From a virus (taxonomy: Duplodnaviria; Heunggongvirae; Uroviricota; Caudoviricetes), in IMG/VR virus record IMGVR_UViG_3300032250_000269, positions 25,069-89,068 of that record: a DNA stretch of 64,000 nucleotides; one strand, given 5' to 3'. Position numbers and translations under genes: made by a program. Under the pieces are notes generated by a model. The model was not told the DNA's origin. It saw only the letters and a program-made list of their open reading frames with translations, and made no database searches. Positions 45,336-54,070 of this stretch are shown in pieces. Numbering within the stretch: position 1 is the first letter of the stretch; each line of letters starts with the position of its first letter.

Positions 45336-45713
45336 ATGACTAAGCGTATTATAAATGTTTCGGTTGGTACTCCTGCTATTCGTATGGATCGTGGTAATAA
45401 TCCAAAGCCATATATTACTGATCGTGTATCAATTTATCCTGACGGCACTTCTATTGAGAGCCTAATCGACACGTTGAACAAGATTCAGGAAAAGTATGGT
45501 AATGATTATACCAACTTGAATATTGATAGCGAACGAGATTGTGGTTGTTATCACGATTGTACATGTTCGCCATCATATTATGTTTGGGGAAATCGCCTTG
45601 AAAGTGATCTTGAATACGACTATCGTATCAACGAAGAAAACTCACGCAAAGCTGAACAGGAAAAGCGTGATCGCAAGGCTTATGAAGAACTAAAGAAAAA
45701 GTTTGGTGATTGA
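45336..45713 (+). CDS. hypothetical protein
   Basis: Promoter embedded in a hairpin upstream. Confidence 0.45.
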   Translation: MTKRIINVSVGTPAIRMDRGNNPKPYITDRVSIYPDGTSIESLIDTLNKIQEKYGNDYTNLNIDSERDCGCYHDCTCSPSYYVWGNRLESDLEYDYRINEENSRKAEQEKRDRKAYEELKKKFGD

Positions 45714-45714
45714 C

Positions 45715-45903
45715 ATGCAAGATATTCTACCTAACATTTATCAGACTATCGTGACCAACTTTGGTCTTACAAAGTATACTGGTGATGATGTTGATCAGGC
45801 TATTCTGATTGCTGAACGCTGTGGATATGAATGTCACGTTCTCAAGGATGGTGCTCTGATTGGTGAATATTCTCCCATCTCTGGATGGAAGAAGTGTCGA
45901 TGA
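45715..45903 (+). CDS. hypothetical small protein
   Basis: 62 aa. Confidence 0.4.
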   Translation: MQDILPNIYQTIVTNFGLTKYTGDDVDQAILIAERCGYECHVLKDGALIGEYSPISGWKKCR

Positions 45904-46064
45904 ATATATTTGTGGTACAGCATGATCCTGATATGACCACAAACAGTAGACCATACAAGTTGTCTTATCATAAGACACGTGAAGGCGCTGAAAAATTCAT
46001 TGATGGTCATAAGTCAAATGATTGGGAATATTGGGAAATTATCCAAGTTCCATTAAAAGATTAA
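45900..46064 (+). CDS. hypothetical small protein
   Basis: 54 aa. Confidence 0.35.
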   Translation: MNIFVVQHDPDMTTNSRPYKLSYHKTREGAEKFIDGHKSNDWEYWEIIQVPLKD

Positions 46065-46069
46065 TTAGT

Positions 46070-46144
46070 GCCTGATTAACTCAGCGGTAGAGTGCTGCTT
46101 TTACACGGCAGATGCCAGTGGTTCGACCCCACTATCAGGTACCA
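46070..46144 (+). tRNA. tRNA-Val (UAC)
   Basis: Acceptor GCCTGAT/ATCAGGT, loop TTTACAC, CCA encoded. Confidence 0.65.
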
Positions 46145-46625
46145 ATTTTTTTAACCTGTATCTTTTACGATACTCACTTCTTTTAGAATTCTTTTTGTTT
46201 CTACCACAAAAAGTTTCTGTTTGTGAATGACAATTAGGACAAAGAAGTCTGAGATTTGATGGAAAGTTGTTATCAGAATTTCCATCGATATGATCTACAT
46301 GAAGAGATATAGGTTTTGATTGCCATTCGGATATACCACATTCAGTGCATTGATATCCGTACTCATTTGTTAAGTATGTTTTAAGAGTTGGTGCTTGATC
46401 AACCAAACCTTGTTCAATAAGAGGTTTAGTTACAAACTCTACCTTATATTTACCTTGACAACTGTTAGAACAATACTTACCATAAGAAGATTTTGAATCG
46501 TATGTGAATTCTATTTTGCAATATAGACAAGTGGAAGTTTTTTTCATATTATTCTCCTTAGACCCTCTATTTATACATAGAGAGTCTTTAAGAAAATTAG
46601 TTGTTGACATAGTGATGCGAATCAC
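46101..46625 (-). CDS. HNH homing endonuclease
   Basis: HVDHIDGN...NLRLLCPNCH HNH motif; its 3' end is antisense to tRNA-Val. Confidence 0.7.
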   Translation of the reverse strand: MIRITMSTTNFLKDSLCINRGSKENNMKKTSTCLYCKIEFTYDSKSSYGKYCSNSCQGKYKVEFVTKPLIEQGLVDQAPTLKTYLTNEYGYQCTECGISEWQSKPISLHVDHIDGNSDNNFPSNLRLLCPNCHSQTETFCGRNKKNSKRSEYRKRYRLKKLVPDSGVEPLASAV

Positions 46626-46640
46626 TTATAAAGGCTTCAA
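46604..46640 (+). promoter_or_regulatory. consensus promoter reading into a tRNA/ncRNA stretch
   Basis: TTGACA TAGTGATGCGAATCACT TATAAA GGCTTCAACAAA. Confidence 0.55.
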
Positions 46641-46667
46641 CAAATATATTCAAAGTTTATAAAGTTT

Positions 46668-46751
46668 TGGTCTGTGGGGGAATGGTAGACCCAACTGCCT
46701 GTTAAGCAGTCGCTTATGCAATTGCAGGTTCGAGTCCTGCCAGATCAGCCA
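46668..46751 (+). tRNA. class II-length tRNA (apparent GUU loop CTGTTAA; identity uncertain)
   Basis: Acceptor TGGTCTG/CAGATCA, T-arm GCAGG-TTCGAGT-CCTGC, 13-nt variable region. Confidence 0.5.
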
Positions 46752-47059
46752 AATTTAGTGAGTGTTATAGATAGAATGCACTATGTGTAAACTGGCCGGT
46801 TGTAACATAGTAAAGGATGACGGTTTGAGTACGCAACATGAAAACCATCTGCTCTCTATCAATGTTAACGGACCCAAAGAACGTAAGTTCACAAGCAGAG
46901 GCGCTGATAAATTCTGCATAATGCTGTCAATGTTGTGGTGACAGGCTCACTAATTCAAGTTTACTCCGCAAGTGTAGTGCACTGTAAGACGGAAGATAGA
47001 TGGGTTGGTATTAAGACCTTTGCGGTGGGGAATCCAACATAAACCGCTTTAGATTTTAT
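46752..47059 (+). ncRNA. about 300-nt ORF-free structured spacer between two tRNAs (candidate stable RNA)
   Basis: No ORF; bounded by a tRNA 3' end and the tRNA-Asp 5' end. Confidence 0.3.
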
Positions 47060-47133
47060 GGTCCTGTTTCCGTCAGGGAAGGACACCGGCTGTCTACCGG
47101 TGAAGGCGGGTTCGAGTCCCGTCAGGATCGCCA
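47060..47133 (+). tRNA. tRNA-Asp (GUC) probable
   Basis: Acceptor GGTCCTG/CAGGATC, loop CTGTCTA, T-arm GCGGG-TTCGAGT-CCCGT. Confidence 0.55.
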
Positions 47134-47277
47134 TATTATGTACAGTAGGATCGATACTGACTGTACAAAGAAAATGCTTGACTCAGCAGTATAGCGAGTC
47201 TACACATGTAAACCATGGTAAAGCAAGTGTATGAAGCGGGGTAAGAATCCTCAGACTATGGCACGGAATTTTTATGT

Positions 47278-47353
47278 GGCGCAGAACGCTAATTGGCGGG
47301 CGGATTGTTTTTCAAGCAATTGTAAGCGGGTTCGAATCCCGTCTGCGCTACCA
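47278..47353 (+). tRNA. tRNA-Glu (UUC)
   Basis: Acceptor GGCGCAG/CTGCGCT, arm ATTGT-TTTTCAA-GCAAT, T-loop TTCGAAT. Confidence 0.6.
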
Positions 47354-47368
47354 TTTTTTTTTATATGA

Positions 47369-47461
47369 GGGTGTGTTGTAGATATGGCGTGTTCTGCCCC
47401 GGACTGTAAATCCGGTCCCATGTGGTAAACAATGTAGGTTCGACTCCTACCACACCCACCA
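47369..47461 (+). tRNA. tRNA-Tyr (GUA), class II
   Basis: Acceptor GGGTGTG/CACACCC, arm CCGGA-CTGTAAA-TCCGG, long variable arm, T-arm GTAGG-TTCGACT-CCTAC. Confidence 0.65.
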
Positions 47462-47564
47462 GTTTATGTGCAGTAAAATCCCCTGTTGTGGGTTGGGAGC
47501 TATTAGGGCTTTTTTTGGTTGGTTTGATTCCATCACTGCACACCAGTTTGAGAGGATATATTAT

Positions 47565-48057
47565 GTTGAAATATGTTAAGGGTGATCTTATTGGACTAGC
47601 ACTTGATGGTGAGTTTGATGTTATCGTCCATGGTTGTAATTGTTTCAACACAATGGGTCGTGGTATTGCATATACTATTGCAAAAAGGTTTCCTCAATCA
47701 TATGAAGCTGATACGAAAACCATCAAGGGTGATTATAACAAGCTTGGTAATTATACGAAGGCAACAGGGTTTACAAAAACCAATCCTGTAGAAAACTTTC
47801 AGATCATCAATGCATATACTCAGTACGGTTGTGATGCTCGTAAGAGTGTTGATGTTTTTGAGTATGTCGCATTTGATATGATCTTACAGAAGCTTGTAAA
47901 TGAATTTCCCAAGGCTAGATTTGGTCTTCCTTTGATTGGAATGGGACTAGCTGGTGGTGACAAGACAGTAATTATGAAGAAGATTGAGGAGTTTGCAAAA
48001 ACTATTTCAAATTCTGGTGGATCAGTAACCATGGTAGAATTTTCAATGTCTATGTAA
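47565..48057 (+). CDS. macro-domain protein (ADP-ribose binding / de-ADP-ribosylation)
   Basis: GDLIGLALDGEFDVIVHGCNCFNTMGRGIA resembles the macro GDIT...AIVNAAN...GGGV core; start at internal ATG after tRNA-Tyr. Confidence 0.6.
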
Positions 48058-48065
48058 AATAGTTG

Positions 48066-48122
48066 TTGACGGATGTTTCGAATCTTGGTACAAGAGTGCA
48101 TCAAGACGAAAGGAACTTTCTA
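48066..48122 (+). promoter_or_regulatory. promoter (TTGACG) plus conserved leader
   Basis: TTGACG ...CGAATC... then GCATCAAGACGAAAGGAAC. Confidence 0.55.
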
Positions 48123-48353
48123 ATGTCTACTGAACTCAAGGGTGTTACTGGTCGTACTGGTAAAGTTTCGATGCTTAGCTTTTTTGGCGGTAAGGAAGAC
48201 GGAAGGTGCGTTCAAATGACTTTCAGGAAGCCTGATGAAGAAAAGTGCAGCAGCCGGTACTGGTATCTGCAACTGACTAAAGAAGAAGCACTGGAAATGG
48301 CGGTTGCGCTGGTCCAGTTTGCTAATGGAACTAGAGAAGAAGTTTTTGACTGA
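48123..48353 (+). CDS. hypothetical small protein
   Basis: Consensus promoter and leader upstream. Confidence 0.45.
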   Translation: MSTELKGVTGRTGKVSMLSFFGGKEDGRCVQMTFRKPDEEKCSSRYWYLQLTKEEALEMAVALVQFANGTREEVFD

Positions 48354-48370
48354 TTAATGTAAAATAGTTG

Positions 48371-48418
48371 TTGACATAAAGACAACGAATCGCTATAATC
48401 AGTTCAACAAAAAGTTAA
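48371..48418 (+). promoter_or_regulatory. consensus promoter driving the large non-coding region
   Basis: TTGACA TAAAGACAACGAATCGC TATAAT CAGTTCAACAAA. Confidence 0.6.
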
Positions 48419-49622
48419 ATGGCGGTGTAGCGTCATTAGGGTAAGGTCGGGTAACTGATCCCAAAGCAAGTTCTCCTACAGAATTGCGCCAGAAATGGTC
48501 CATCTATGCAAGCCTGAACAAACCCGAAAGGGTCCGTCAGTAGAATGGCGGTAGGCAGTAAGTAGTGGTCGAAGGTCCGAAAGGATAGGTTACAGAGCCA
48601 AATCGGTGAGTAATTAAACGGGGTGGTACCTGTGCCAAGGCATACCAACACTATGATTGCTGAATGTTAACAGGTAGTTATTAAGTCTGACCCTGCAAGG
48701 AAAGGCAAGATAGCAGTCACAAAGTTAAAGGGATGACCGGAGACTTGAATGATCGTTGAGTAGTTCGCAAGACGAAAGACAGGAGGTGTGCAGTATTTTG
48801 TATCCCAAAAGGATATGAAGCAGCAGTAGCAGCACATCTTGGTAGGTTAACCTTTGCGGGTAGCTCATTGGTAGAGCAAATGTCTCTTAAACATTAGGTA
48901 GTGGGTTCGATTCCCATGTCGCATATCATAACGATATAAAACGCAAAGACTGCTACGGTACTATGTGAAAGGTGCTTAATACCACACTCGAAAGGGAATG
49001 TGGTTCATGGAGGTTCGCAAGACTGAAGTGATTGTTCGGATTGAAGACGTAAGGGCTTAGCGGCTCCTAACTGCTCTAAAGGTAGGCGGAAGATTGAGGG
49101 ACGAATAGCATAGTGCGACAGGTCACAAGCCAGACCTTAAAAAAGGCAGCACTGGAAGGTACTAGATGACCGTAAAAGGCTCTAGTGGATAACGGGTTAA
49201 CGATCCTCGCAAGGGACTCGGTACGGCTCAAAGACTTCCACATGAAGCAGTAATCTCATGCTTCGTAAATAAGACTGTTTAGATGAGCACATTATACATT
49301 AGAAGGTTTTTTTATCTCCTTACTTTTAATGCATGTGGTTCGGAGACACTTATAGTGTGTTCTTCTAAACAGTTTTGGTGAACACATAGGTTCCTGTCAG
49401 TGTTGTGAGGACAGGGTAATACATCAACACTATCCCTGTGTGTTCATCTAAACTGTTTTAGACTTGTTTCGCTATTACTGCATTTTACGGTTGCAAACGT
49501 CAAAAGTAGTTTAGTGTAAGGCAGCATTCCGCCCGACAATAACCCTCTACGTGACGATAGGGTGGCGGTATGGGTTTCGAAGTCCCATTGCTATATTGCA
49601 GTAATAGCGTAACAAGTTTAAT
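48419..49622 (+). ncRNA. about 1.2 kb ORF-free, highly structured transcribed region (candidate large ornate ncRNA(s); one tRNA-like unit embedded at 48854-48925)
   Basis: Begins right after consensus promoter 48371-48418; no ORF >= 60 aa on + strand; several CGAAAG/GCAAG tetraloop-like hairpins; nested long inverted repeats at 49276-49470. Confidence 0.45.
48854..48925 (+). tRNA. tRNA-Lys-like (CUU loop CTCTTAA), acceptor pairing imperfect
   Basis: D-arm GCTCATTGGTAGAGC, arm AATGT-CTCTTAA-ACATT, T-arm GTGGG-TTCGATT-CCCAT; embedded at the end of a 450-nt non-coding stretch. Confidence 0.4.
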
Positions 49623-49697
49623 GCCAGTATAGCTCAGCGGTAGAGTAGGGGACTCATATTCCCTTGGTCGCTAGTTCGATCCTAGCTACTGGCACCA
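49623..49697 (+). tRNA. tRNA with CAU anticodon (Met or Ile-lysidine)
   Basis: Acceptor GCCAGTA/TACTGGC, loop CTCATAT, T-loop TTCGATC. Confidence 0.65.
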
Positions 49698-49761
49698 ATT
49701 TATGGGCTGACGGTCTAGAACCCGTTGAGCATCGAAAGATGTAGTCAGTCCACCATATTAT

Positions 49762-49837
49762 GCCCCTGTAGCTCAGTTGGTAGAGCACTTGATTGAAGAT
49801 CAGGGTGTCAGCGGTTCAATTCCGTTTGGGGGCACCA
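49762..49837 (+). tRNA. tRNA-Phe (GAA)
   Basis: Arm CTTGA-TTGAAGA-TCAGG, T-arm AGCGG-TTCAATT-CCGTT, acceptor ends TGGGGGC-A-CCA. Confidence 0.65.
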
Positions 49838-49971
49838 AAGTTTGGGTCTAAATAGAGTAAATAGGGAACCTATTGAATGTCGAACTGCTGGTAAAACCGT
49901 TAAATGTCACCTATGACATGCAGGACACAAGACCCAATTCATTTAATAATTAACTTGACGAGGAAAACATA

Positions 49972-50535
49972 ATGAATAATAATTTACCATATCATCTAGG
50001 TGGCCATGAAAATCATACTCATATTGATGAAGGCGCTCTTGATTTCTTGATTGAACGTTATGACGCTAAGTCATTTCTTGATGTTGGTTGTGGTCCCGGT
50101 GGGATGGTCGATCTAGCTATTGAAAAAGGCTTGATTGCCCATGGTGTTGATGGTGATTTTACCGTAGTTCGCAAGAACGCTCAGAATATTACTATTCATG
50201 ATTATGTTACAGGCCCTGTAACGCTTGATAGAAATTATGACATAGGATGGTCTTGTGAATTTCTAGAGCATGTTGAAGAAGTCTATATGGCTAATTATAT
50301 GGATACCTTCAAGTATTGTAAGGCTATTGCGGTTACACATGCTTTTCCTAATCAACCCGGTCATCATCATGTGAATTTGAAGAACCCAGAATATTGGATT
50401 GAAAAGTTTTCTCTTTTTGGTTTTTCACAAGATATTGAAGCAACAAAGATAATTCGTGAAAAGTCAACAATGGGTAATGAATACATTCGTGTAAGTGGTC
50501 TTGTATTCACAAACACAAATTATAATAAAGCATAA
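49972..50535 (+). CDS. class I SAM-dependent methyltransferase
   Basis: Motif I LDVGCGPGGM; inside the tRNA island. Confidence 0.7.
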   Translation: MNNNLPYHLGGHENHTHIDEGALDFLIERYDAKSFLDVGCGPGGMVDLAIEKGLIAHGVDGDFTVVRKNAQNITIHDYVTGPVTLDRNYDIGWSCEFLEHVEEVYMANYMDTFKYCKAIAVTHAFPNQPGHHHVNLKNPEYWIEKFSLFGFSQDIEATKIIREKSTMGNEYIRVSGLVFTNTNYNKA

Positions 50536-50536
50536 T

Positions 50537-50655
50537 AAGCAGTACACTGTCCTGACCGTGAGGAAGGAAACTCGCAACGCTGAAAAATACCTAACGGTAA
50601 TGTCTTTGACAGTGCGAAAAGTTGGTACAAGACTGCGGGACCAACAGTGTACTAT
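50537..50655 (+). ncRNA. about 120-nt structured leader immediately upstream of tRNA-Ile
   Basis: Long-range inverted repeat GCAGTACACTGTCCTGACC...GGGACCAACAGTGTACTATGC. Confidence 0.3.
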
Positions 50656-50730
50656 GCACCATTAGCTCAGTAGTAGAGCATTCGCCTGATAAGCGAAAGG
50701 TGACAGGGGCGGTACCTGTATGGTGCACCA
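50656..50730 (+). tRNA. tRNA-Ile (GAU) with atypical T-loop
   Basis: Acceptor GCACCAT/ATGGTGC, arm TTCGC-CTGATAA-GCGAA; T-loop GGCGGTA lacks TTC. Confidence 0.55.
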
Positions 50731-50788
50731 TTTATTAAAACTCTGTATGGGCGGTCGAATAAAAGACTAGTAAAATCTATACATATCA

Positions 50789-50865
50789 TGGCCGTGTAGC
50801 CCAACTGGAAGAGGCGTCTGGTTTAGGTCCAGAATGTTGGGAGTTCGAATCTCTCCACGGCTACC
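50789..50865 (+). tRNA. class I-length tRNA with apparent UAG anticodon (Leu-type), A73
   Basis: Acceptor GGCCGTG/CACGGCT, arm TCTGG-TTTAGGT-CCAGA. Confidence 0.55.
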
Positions 50866-50870
50866 ATTTA

Positions 50871-50948
50871 TACTCCCATAGCTCAACTGGAATAGAGCAC
50901 TTGATTACGAATCAAGAGGTTACGGGTTCGAATCCTGTTGGGAGTACC
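50871..50948 (+). tRNA. tRNA-Arg (ACG)
   Basis: Acceptor ACTCCCA/TGGGAGT, arm CTTGA-TTACGAA-TCAAG, T-loop TTCGAAT. Confidence 0.65.
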
Positions 50949-51022
50949 AAAAATATATATTACATTTTCATTACATTGTTTCATTTTTATTATAAATAAT
51001 AAGACATGAAAGGAGATGTTCA

Positions 51023-51148
51023 ATGTATGTAACATATATAATTCTAGGTATTATCATAGGTCTTGGTGTATGCTCAGTATTTGCTCTTAGCGAATATAGT
51101 GCATCAAAAAAACTTAAATGTGTTTTAAATATACCTCAACATAGTTGA
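51023..51148 (+). CDS. small hydrophobic peptide (41 aa)
   Basis: RBS AAAGGAG; single TM. Confidence 0.3.
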   Translation: MYVTYIILGIIIGLGVCSVFALSEYSASKKLKCVLNIPQHS

Positions 51149-51209
51149 ATGCTGTCATAGGTAGCAGTCTTTATAAATAGTAAGAAAACTATTTCAATAA
51201 GGATTGAAA

Positions 51210-51914
51210 ATGAAATCATATACAGAATTTTTAGAAGAATCACTTATCAAGCAACTTACTCTGAAGTATCATAATAGGCTTAATCCAAAGATTTGGAAAG
51301 GTGATCAACTTAGAGATGGATTTGCTGAAAAACTCGTTGAAAAAGCATATGAATTTGCTTCTTACTCAGGAGTTTCTAAAGGTCGTATCAAAGATATCGT
51401 CATCACAGGCGGTAATGTCAACTACAACTATACGAAGTTCTCAGATATCGATGTTCACTTGATGTGTGATGTAAGTGGTTTAGACAGCGACAAGCTTTAT
51501 GAAAAAAAAGTGTCATGGACAGCCAGTCATAAGAATTTGAAGGTTGCAGGGTATCCAATAGAGTTTTATGCTGCTAATGACAAAGATCATTTTCCAAATG
51601 GACAGGGTGTTTATTCTATTCTTGAAAACAAATGGTTGATTGTTCCAAAGCATCTTGATCATGTGGATGTTTTGCGTGATCCAAAGGTGATTGACAAAAT
51701 CAACTATTATGTTAAGTATATCAGAACACTGTTAAAGAGCGGTACAGAAGCAGAAATTAAGGCTTTTAAAGACAAGCTACATACAATGCGTGGTTCTGGA
51801 TTGCATCATGGTGGTGAATTTTCGGTTGAGAATGTTGTCTATAAAGACCTTCGAAATCGTGGATTGTTAGATAAATTAAATGCAAAAATTCATCATAAAG
51901 GTGAAGAAGTTTAA
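51210..51914 (+). CDS. Pol-beta-fold nucleotidyltransferase with CTS-like N-terminus
   Basis: GGNVNYNYTKFSDIDVHL (G[GS]..DhD) plus later acidic residue; N-terminus MKSYTEFLEESL resembles T4 MKTYQEFIAEA. Confidence 0.6.
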   Translation: MKSYTEFLEESLIKQLTLKYHNRLNPKIWKGDQLRDGFAEKLVEKAYEFASYSGVSKGRIKDIVITGGNVNYNYTKFSDIDVHLMCDVSGLDSDKLYEKKVSWTASHKNLKVAGYPIEFYAANDKDHFPNGQGVYSILENKWLIVPKHLDHVDVLRDPKVIDKINYYVKYIRTLLKSGTEAEIKAFKDKLHTMRGSGLHHGGEFSVENVVYKDLRNRGLLDKLNAKIHHKGEEV

Positions 51915-51919
51915 AGTTT

Positions 51920-51991
51920 GCGGGTAAGCATAAGGTATGCAGCCGGTCTTCCAAACCGTGCATGGAGTGAGTTCGATTCTCATTATCCGCT
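51920..51991 (+). tRNA. tRNA-Gly (UCC) probable; no encoded CCA
   Basis: Acceptor GCGGGTA/TATCCGC, loop CTTCCAA, T-arm TGAG-TTCGATT-CTCA. Confidence 0.5.
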
Positions 51992-52059
51992 CATAGAGTT
52001 CCAGAAAATTATAAATAGGTAGTAAGTAAAACCTAATATAATTTTCTGGAACTATAAAC

Positions 52060-52707
52060 ATGAAGTACACCATATATCAAATAATCAATACTATCAATAG
52101 CAAGATTTATATTGGAAAACATCAAACTAATGATATTGATGATGGATATATGGGTTCTGGTAAAAATTTAAAACGAGCCATAAAAAAATATGGTATTGAA
52201 AATTTTGTAAAAGAAGTTCTTTATGTATTTGACTCTGAAGAAGATATGAATTATAAAGAAGCTGAATTAGTAACTGAAGAATTTTGCTTACGTGAAGACA
52301 CATACAATATATGTGTTGGTGGTCATGGTGGGTTTAGTCATATCAACTTAGATGAAAACTTTAGAAAAAATAAAAATAAAAAGGCCAGACGAGTAACTGA
52401 TAGTATTTTAAAAATAAAATACGGTGTTAAAAATCCATCTCAAATAGATTTTGTCAAACAAAAACTTTCTATAAAAATGAAAGAAAGATGGCGTGATGGT
52501 AAAATATCTTTACCGCCAACACCTTTTTTAGGAAAATCTCATTCATTAGAAACTAAGAAAAAAATGAGTGAATCTAAAAAAGGAAAATTTACTGGTGAAA
52601 AAAATTCACAATATGGTACAATGTGGATAACCAATGGAAATATAAATAAAAAAGTAAAGTGTGATGATATCATCCCTGATGGATGGTATAAAGGAAGATT
52701 AAAATAA
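52060..52707 (+). CDS. GIY-YIG homing endonuclease (Seg-like)
   Basis: YQIINTINSKIYIGKH...GYMGSG; C-terminal NUMOD-like basic repeats. Confidence 0.7.
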   Translation: MKYTIYQIINTINSKIYIGKHQTNDIDDGYMGSGKNLKRAIKKYGIENFVKEVLYVFDSEEDMNYKEAELVTEEFCLREDTYNICVGGHGGFSHINLDENFRKNKNKKARRVTDSILKIKYGVKNPSQIDFVKQKLSIKMKERWRDGKISLPPTPFLGKSHSLETKKKMSESKKGKFTGEKNSQYGTMWITNGNINKKVKCDDIIPDGWYKGRLK

Positions 52708-52809
52708 TAGTTTGATATGAATACAATGCGCTTAGTCGCTGTCGCAATGTCATACAACATTCGTACCAATACGTGCGGTACAGTATTTTTTTTTTTGTGA
52801 GATGATTAT

Positions 52810-54063
52810 ATGCTAAAGAATGCTTATATCTTATACCATAATTCACCAAAATCTATCGAATATTTACAAGATTGTATAGATTCATGTAATCAATTCCCTA
52901 ACATTCTTGCAATTCCTTTTGCTGGTCCAAGCGGAACAAATTGTGTGGATTCTTGTAATGAGTTTGGTATTCATATTATTCCTCATTATCTAAATCAAAT
53001 GAGTGCTAGACAAAAAGAATTCAATAATTCTTTCTCTTGCAGTATCGGTCATTATCGTATTTGGAGAGAAATTGTAAAGACTAATGAACCGGCTGTTGTT
53101 CTTGAGCATGATGCAGTTGTCAAGCAAGACTTTACAACTCTAGAACCAGTTGATGGCGAAATTCTATGGCTTGGTCCACGTATTCTTAATATGGATGACT
53201 ATACCTATCCTGTTGGATGGGAAAACAAGTATGTAGAAGTTGATCGTTGGGAAGGCACACATGCCTATGCAATCACTCCAAAAACTGCACAAATTCTCCT
53301 TGATTATGTACAAGAATATGGTATCAATGATTCGATTGATGGCCAGCTTGGCATGAGAAATATGTTTGATATGCGTATGAGGGCTGCTGATCCACCACCA
53401 GTAGTAGCTGTTGTTTCTGGTGATCGACAGTCAACAATTGAGCTAAGTGGTAGTGCTGCTTCGTGGAATGCATATAATACAGAAGGATTTCTTGCTGGAT
53501 TGAAGTCTGGATTACAACCACCTCCTGTTCGTCAGTTATATTTTACTGATAATAGTTTTATGAAACACACTGGTGTTTTGGATGCTATTTTTAAGGATAA
53601 TGGTTTTTACGAAAACCATCCATTGAAGGTTCTTGTTCTTGGTGGAAAAGAAGGTATGTCAACTCTATGGCTAAGCAATAAGTTGCTTCGTCATGATGAC
53701 AGTCAGTTATTTTGTGCTGGTGGTTTTGACAATAAAAACTGGCAAATTTTCAATTTTAACACATACTTCAGTAAGTATTACTACAAGCTAAATTCAATTA
53801 ATTGTAATGATGTTACTGATCTTTTGGTTGCAAGTTGTGCTGATCCTGATATTGAGTTTGATGTTGTGTACGTAGATTGTAACACAAATACCAAGGATAC
53901 TGTATTTGATGGAATCGCTTCTATCAAGATGTTGAGAGGTGATGGTATTATTATTTTTAATAACTATGATAATCCAACCGTAAAGGCTGGTGTTGATATT
54001 ATTGAAAATGCATCGGGTGTGATTTCACTTTACAAGGGTGATATTGCAGTATTTCAATATTGA
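52810..54063 (+). CDS. GT25-family glycosyltransferase (LPS/LOS beta-glycosyltransferase-like) with extra C-terminal domain
   Basis: N-terminal ILYHNSP...SIGHYRIWREIV...VVLEHDAV resembles the GT25 (Lic2B/LgtB) core. Confidence 0.55.
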   Translation: MLKNAYILYHNSPKSIEYLQDCIDSCNQFPNILAIPFAGPSGTNCVDSCNEFGIHIIPHYLNQMSARQKEFNNSFSCSIGHYRIWREIVKTNEPAVVLEHDAVVKQDFTTLEPVDGEILWLGPRILNMDDYTYPVGWENKYVEVDRWEGTHAYAITPKTAQILLDYVQEYGINDSIDGQLGMRNMFDMRMRAADPPPVVAVVSGDRQSTIELSGSAASWNAYNTEGFLAGLKSGLQPPPVRQLYFTDNSFMKHTGVLDAIFKDNGFYENHPLKVLVLGGKEGMSTLWLSNKLLRHDDSQLFCAGGFDNKNWQIFNFNTYFSKYYYKLNSINCNDVTDLLVASCADPDIEFDVVYVDCNTNTKDTVFDGIASIKMLRGDGIIIFNNYDNPTVKAGVDIIENASGVISLYKGDIAVFQY

Positions 54064-54070
54064 CAGGTGT

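Noticed and set aside
47462-47560. Possible additional class II tRNA (GTGCAGT...ACTGCAC-A-CCA)
   Set aside because: The acceptor-like ends pair and CCA is present, but I could not fold a credible D, anticodon or T arm (there is no TTC loop). I left it as an unexplained structured element.
47422-47564. 5' extension of the macro-domain ORF back to 47422
   Set aside because: The extension overlaps tRNA-Tyr and a tRNA-like structure. A strong RBS and ATG at 47565 begins the conserved macro core, so the short form is used.
48419-48925. tmRNA or RNase P RNA as the identity of the large non-coding region
   Set aside because: I found no tag-peptide frame ending in AA-stop. The 5' end has no complement to the 3' acceptor-like sequence. 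There is no RNase P P4 or CR-II consensus (AGGGUGAAANGGUGCGGUAAGAGCGCACC-like). This leaves an unknown structured RNA.
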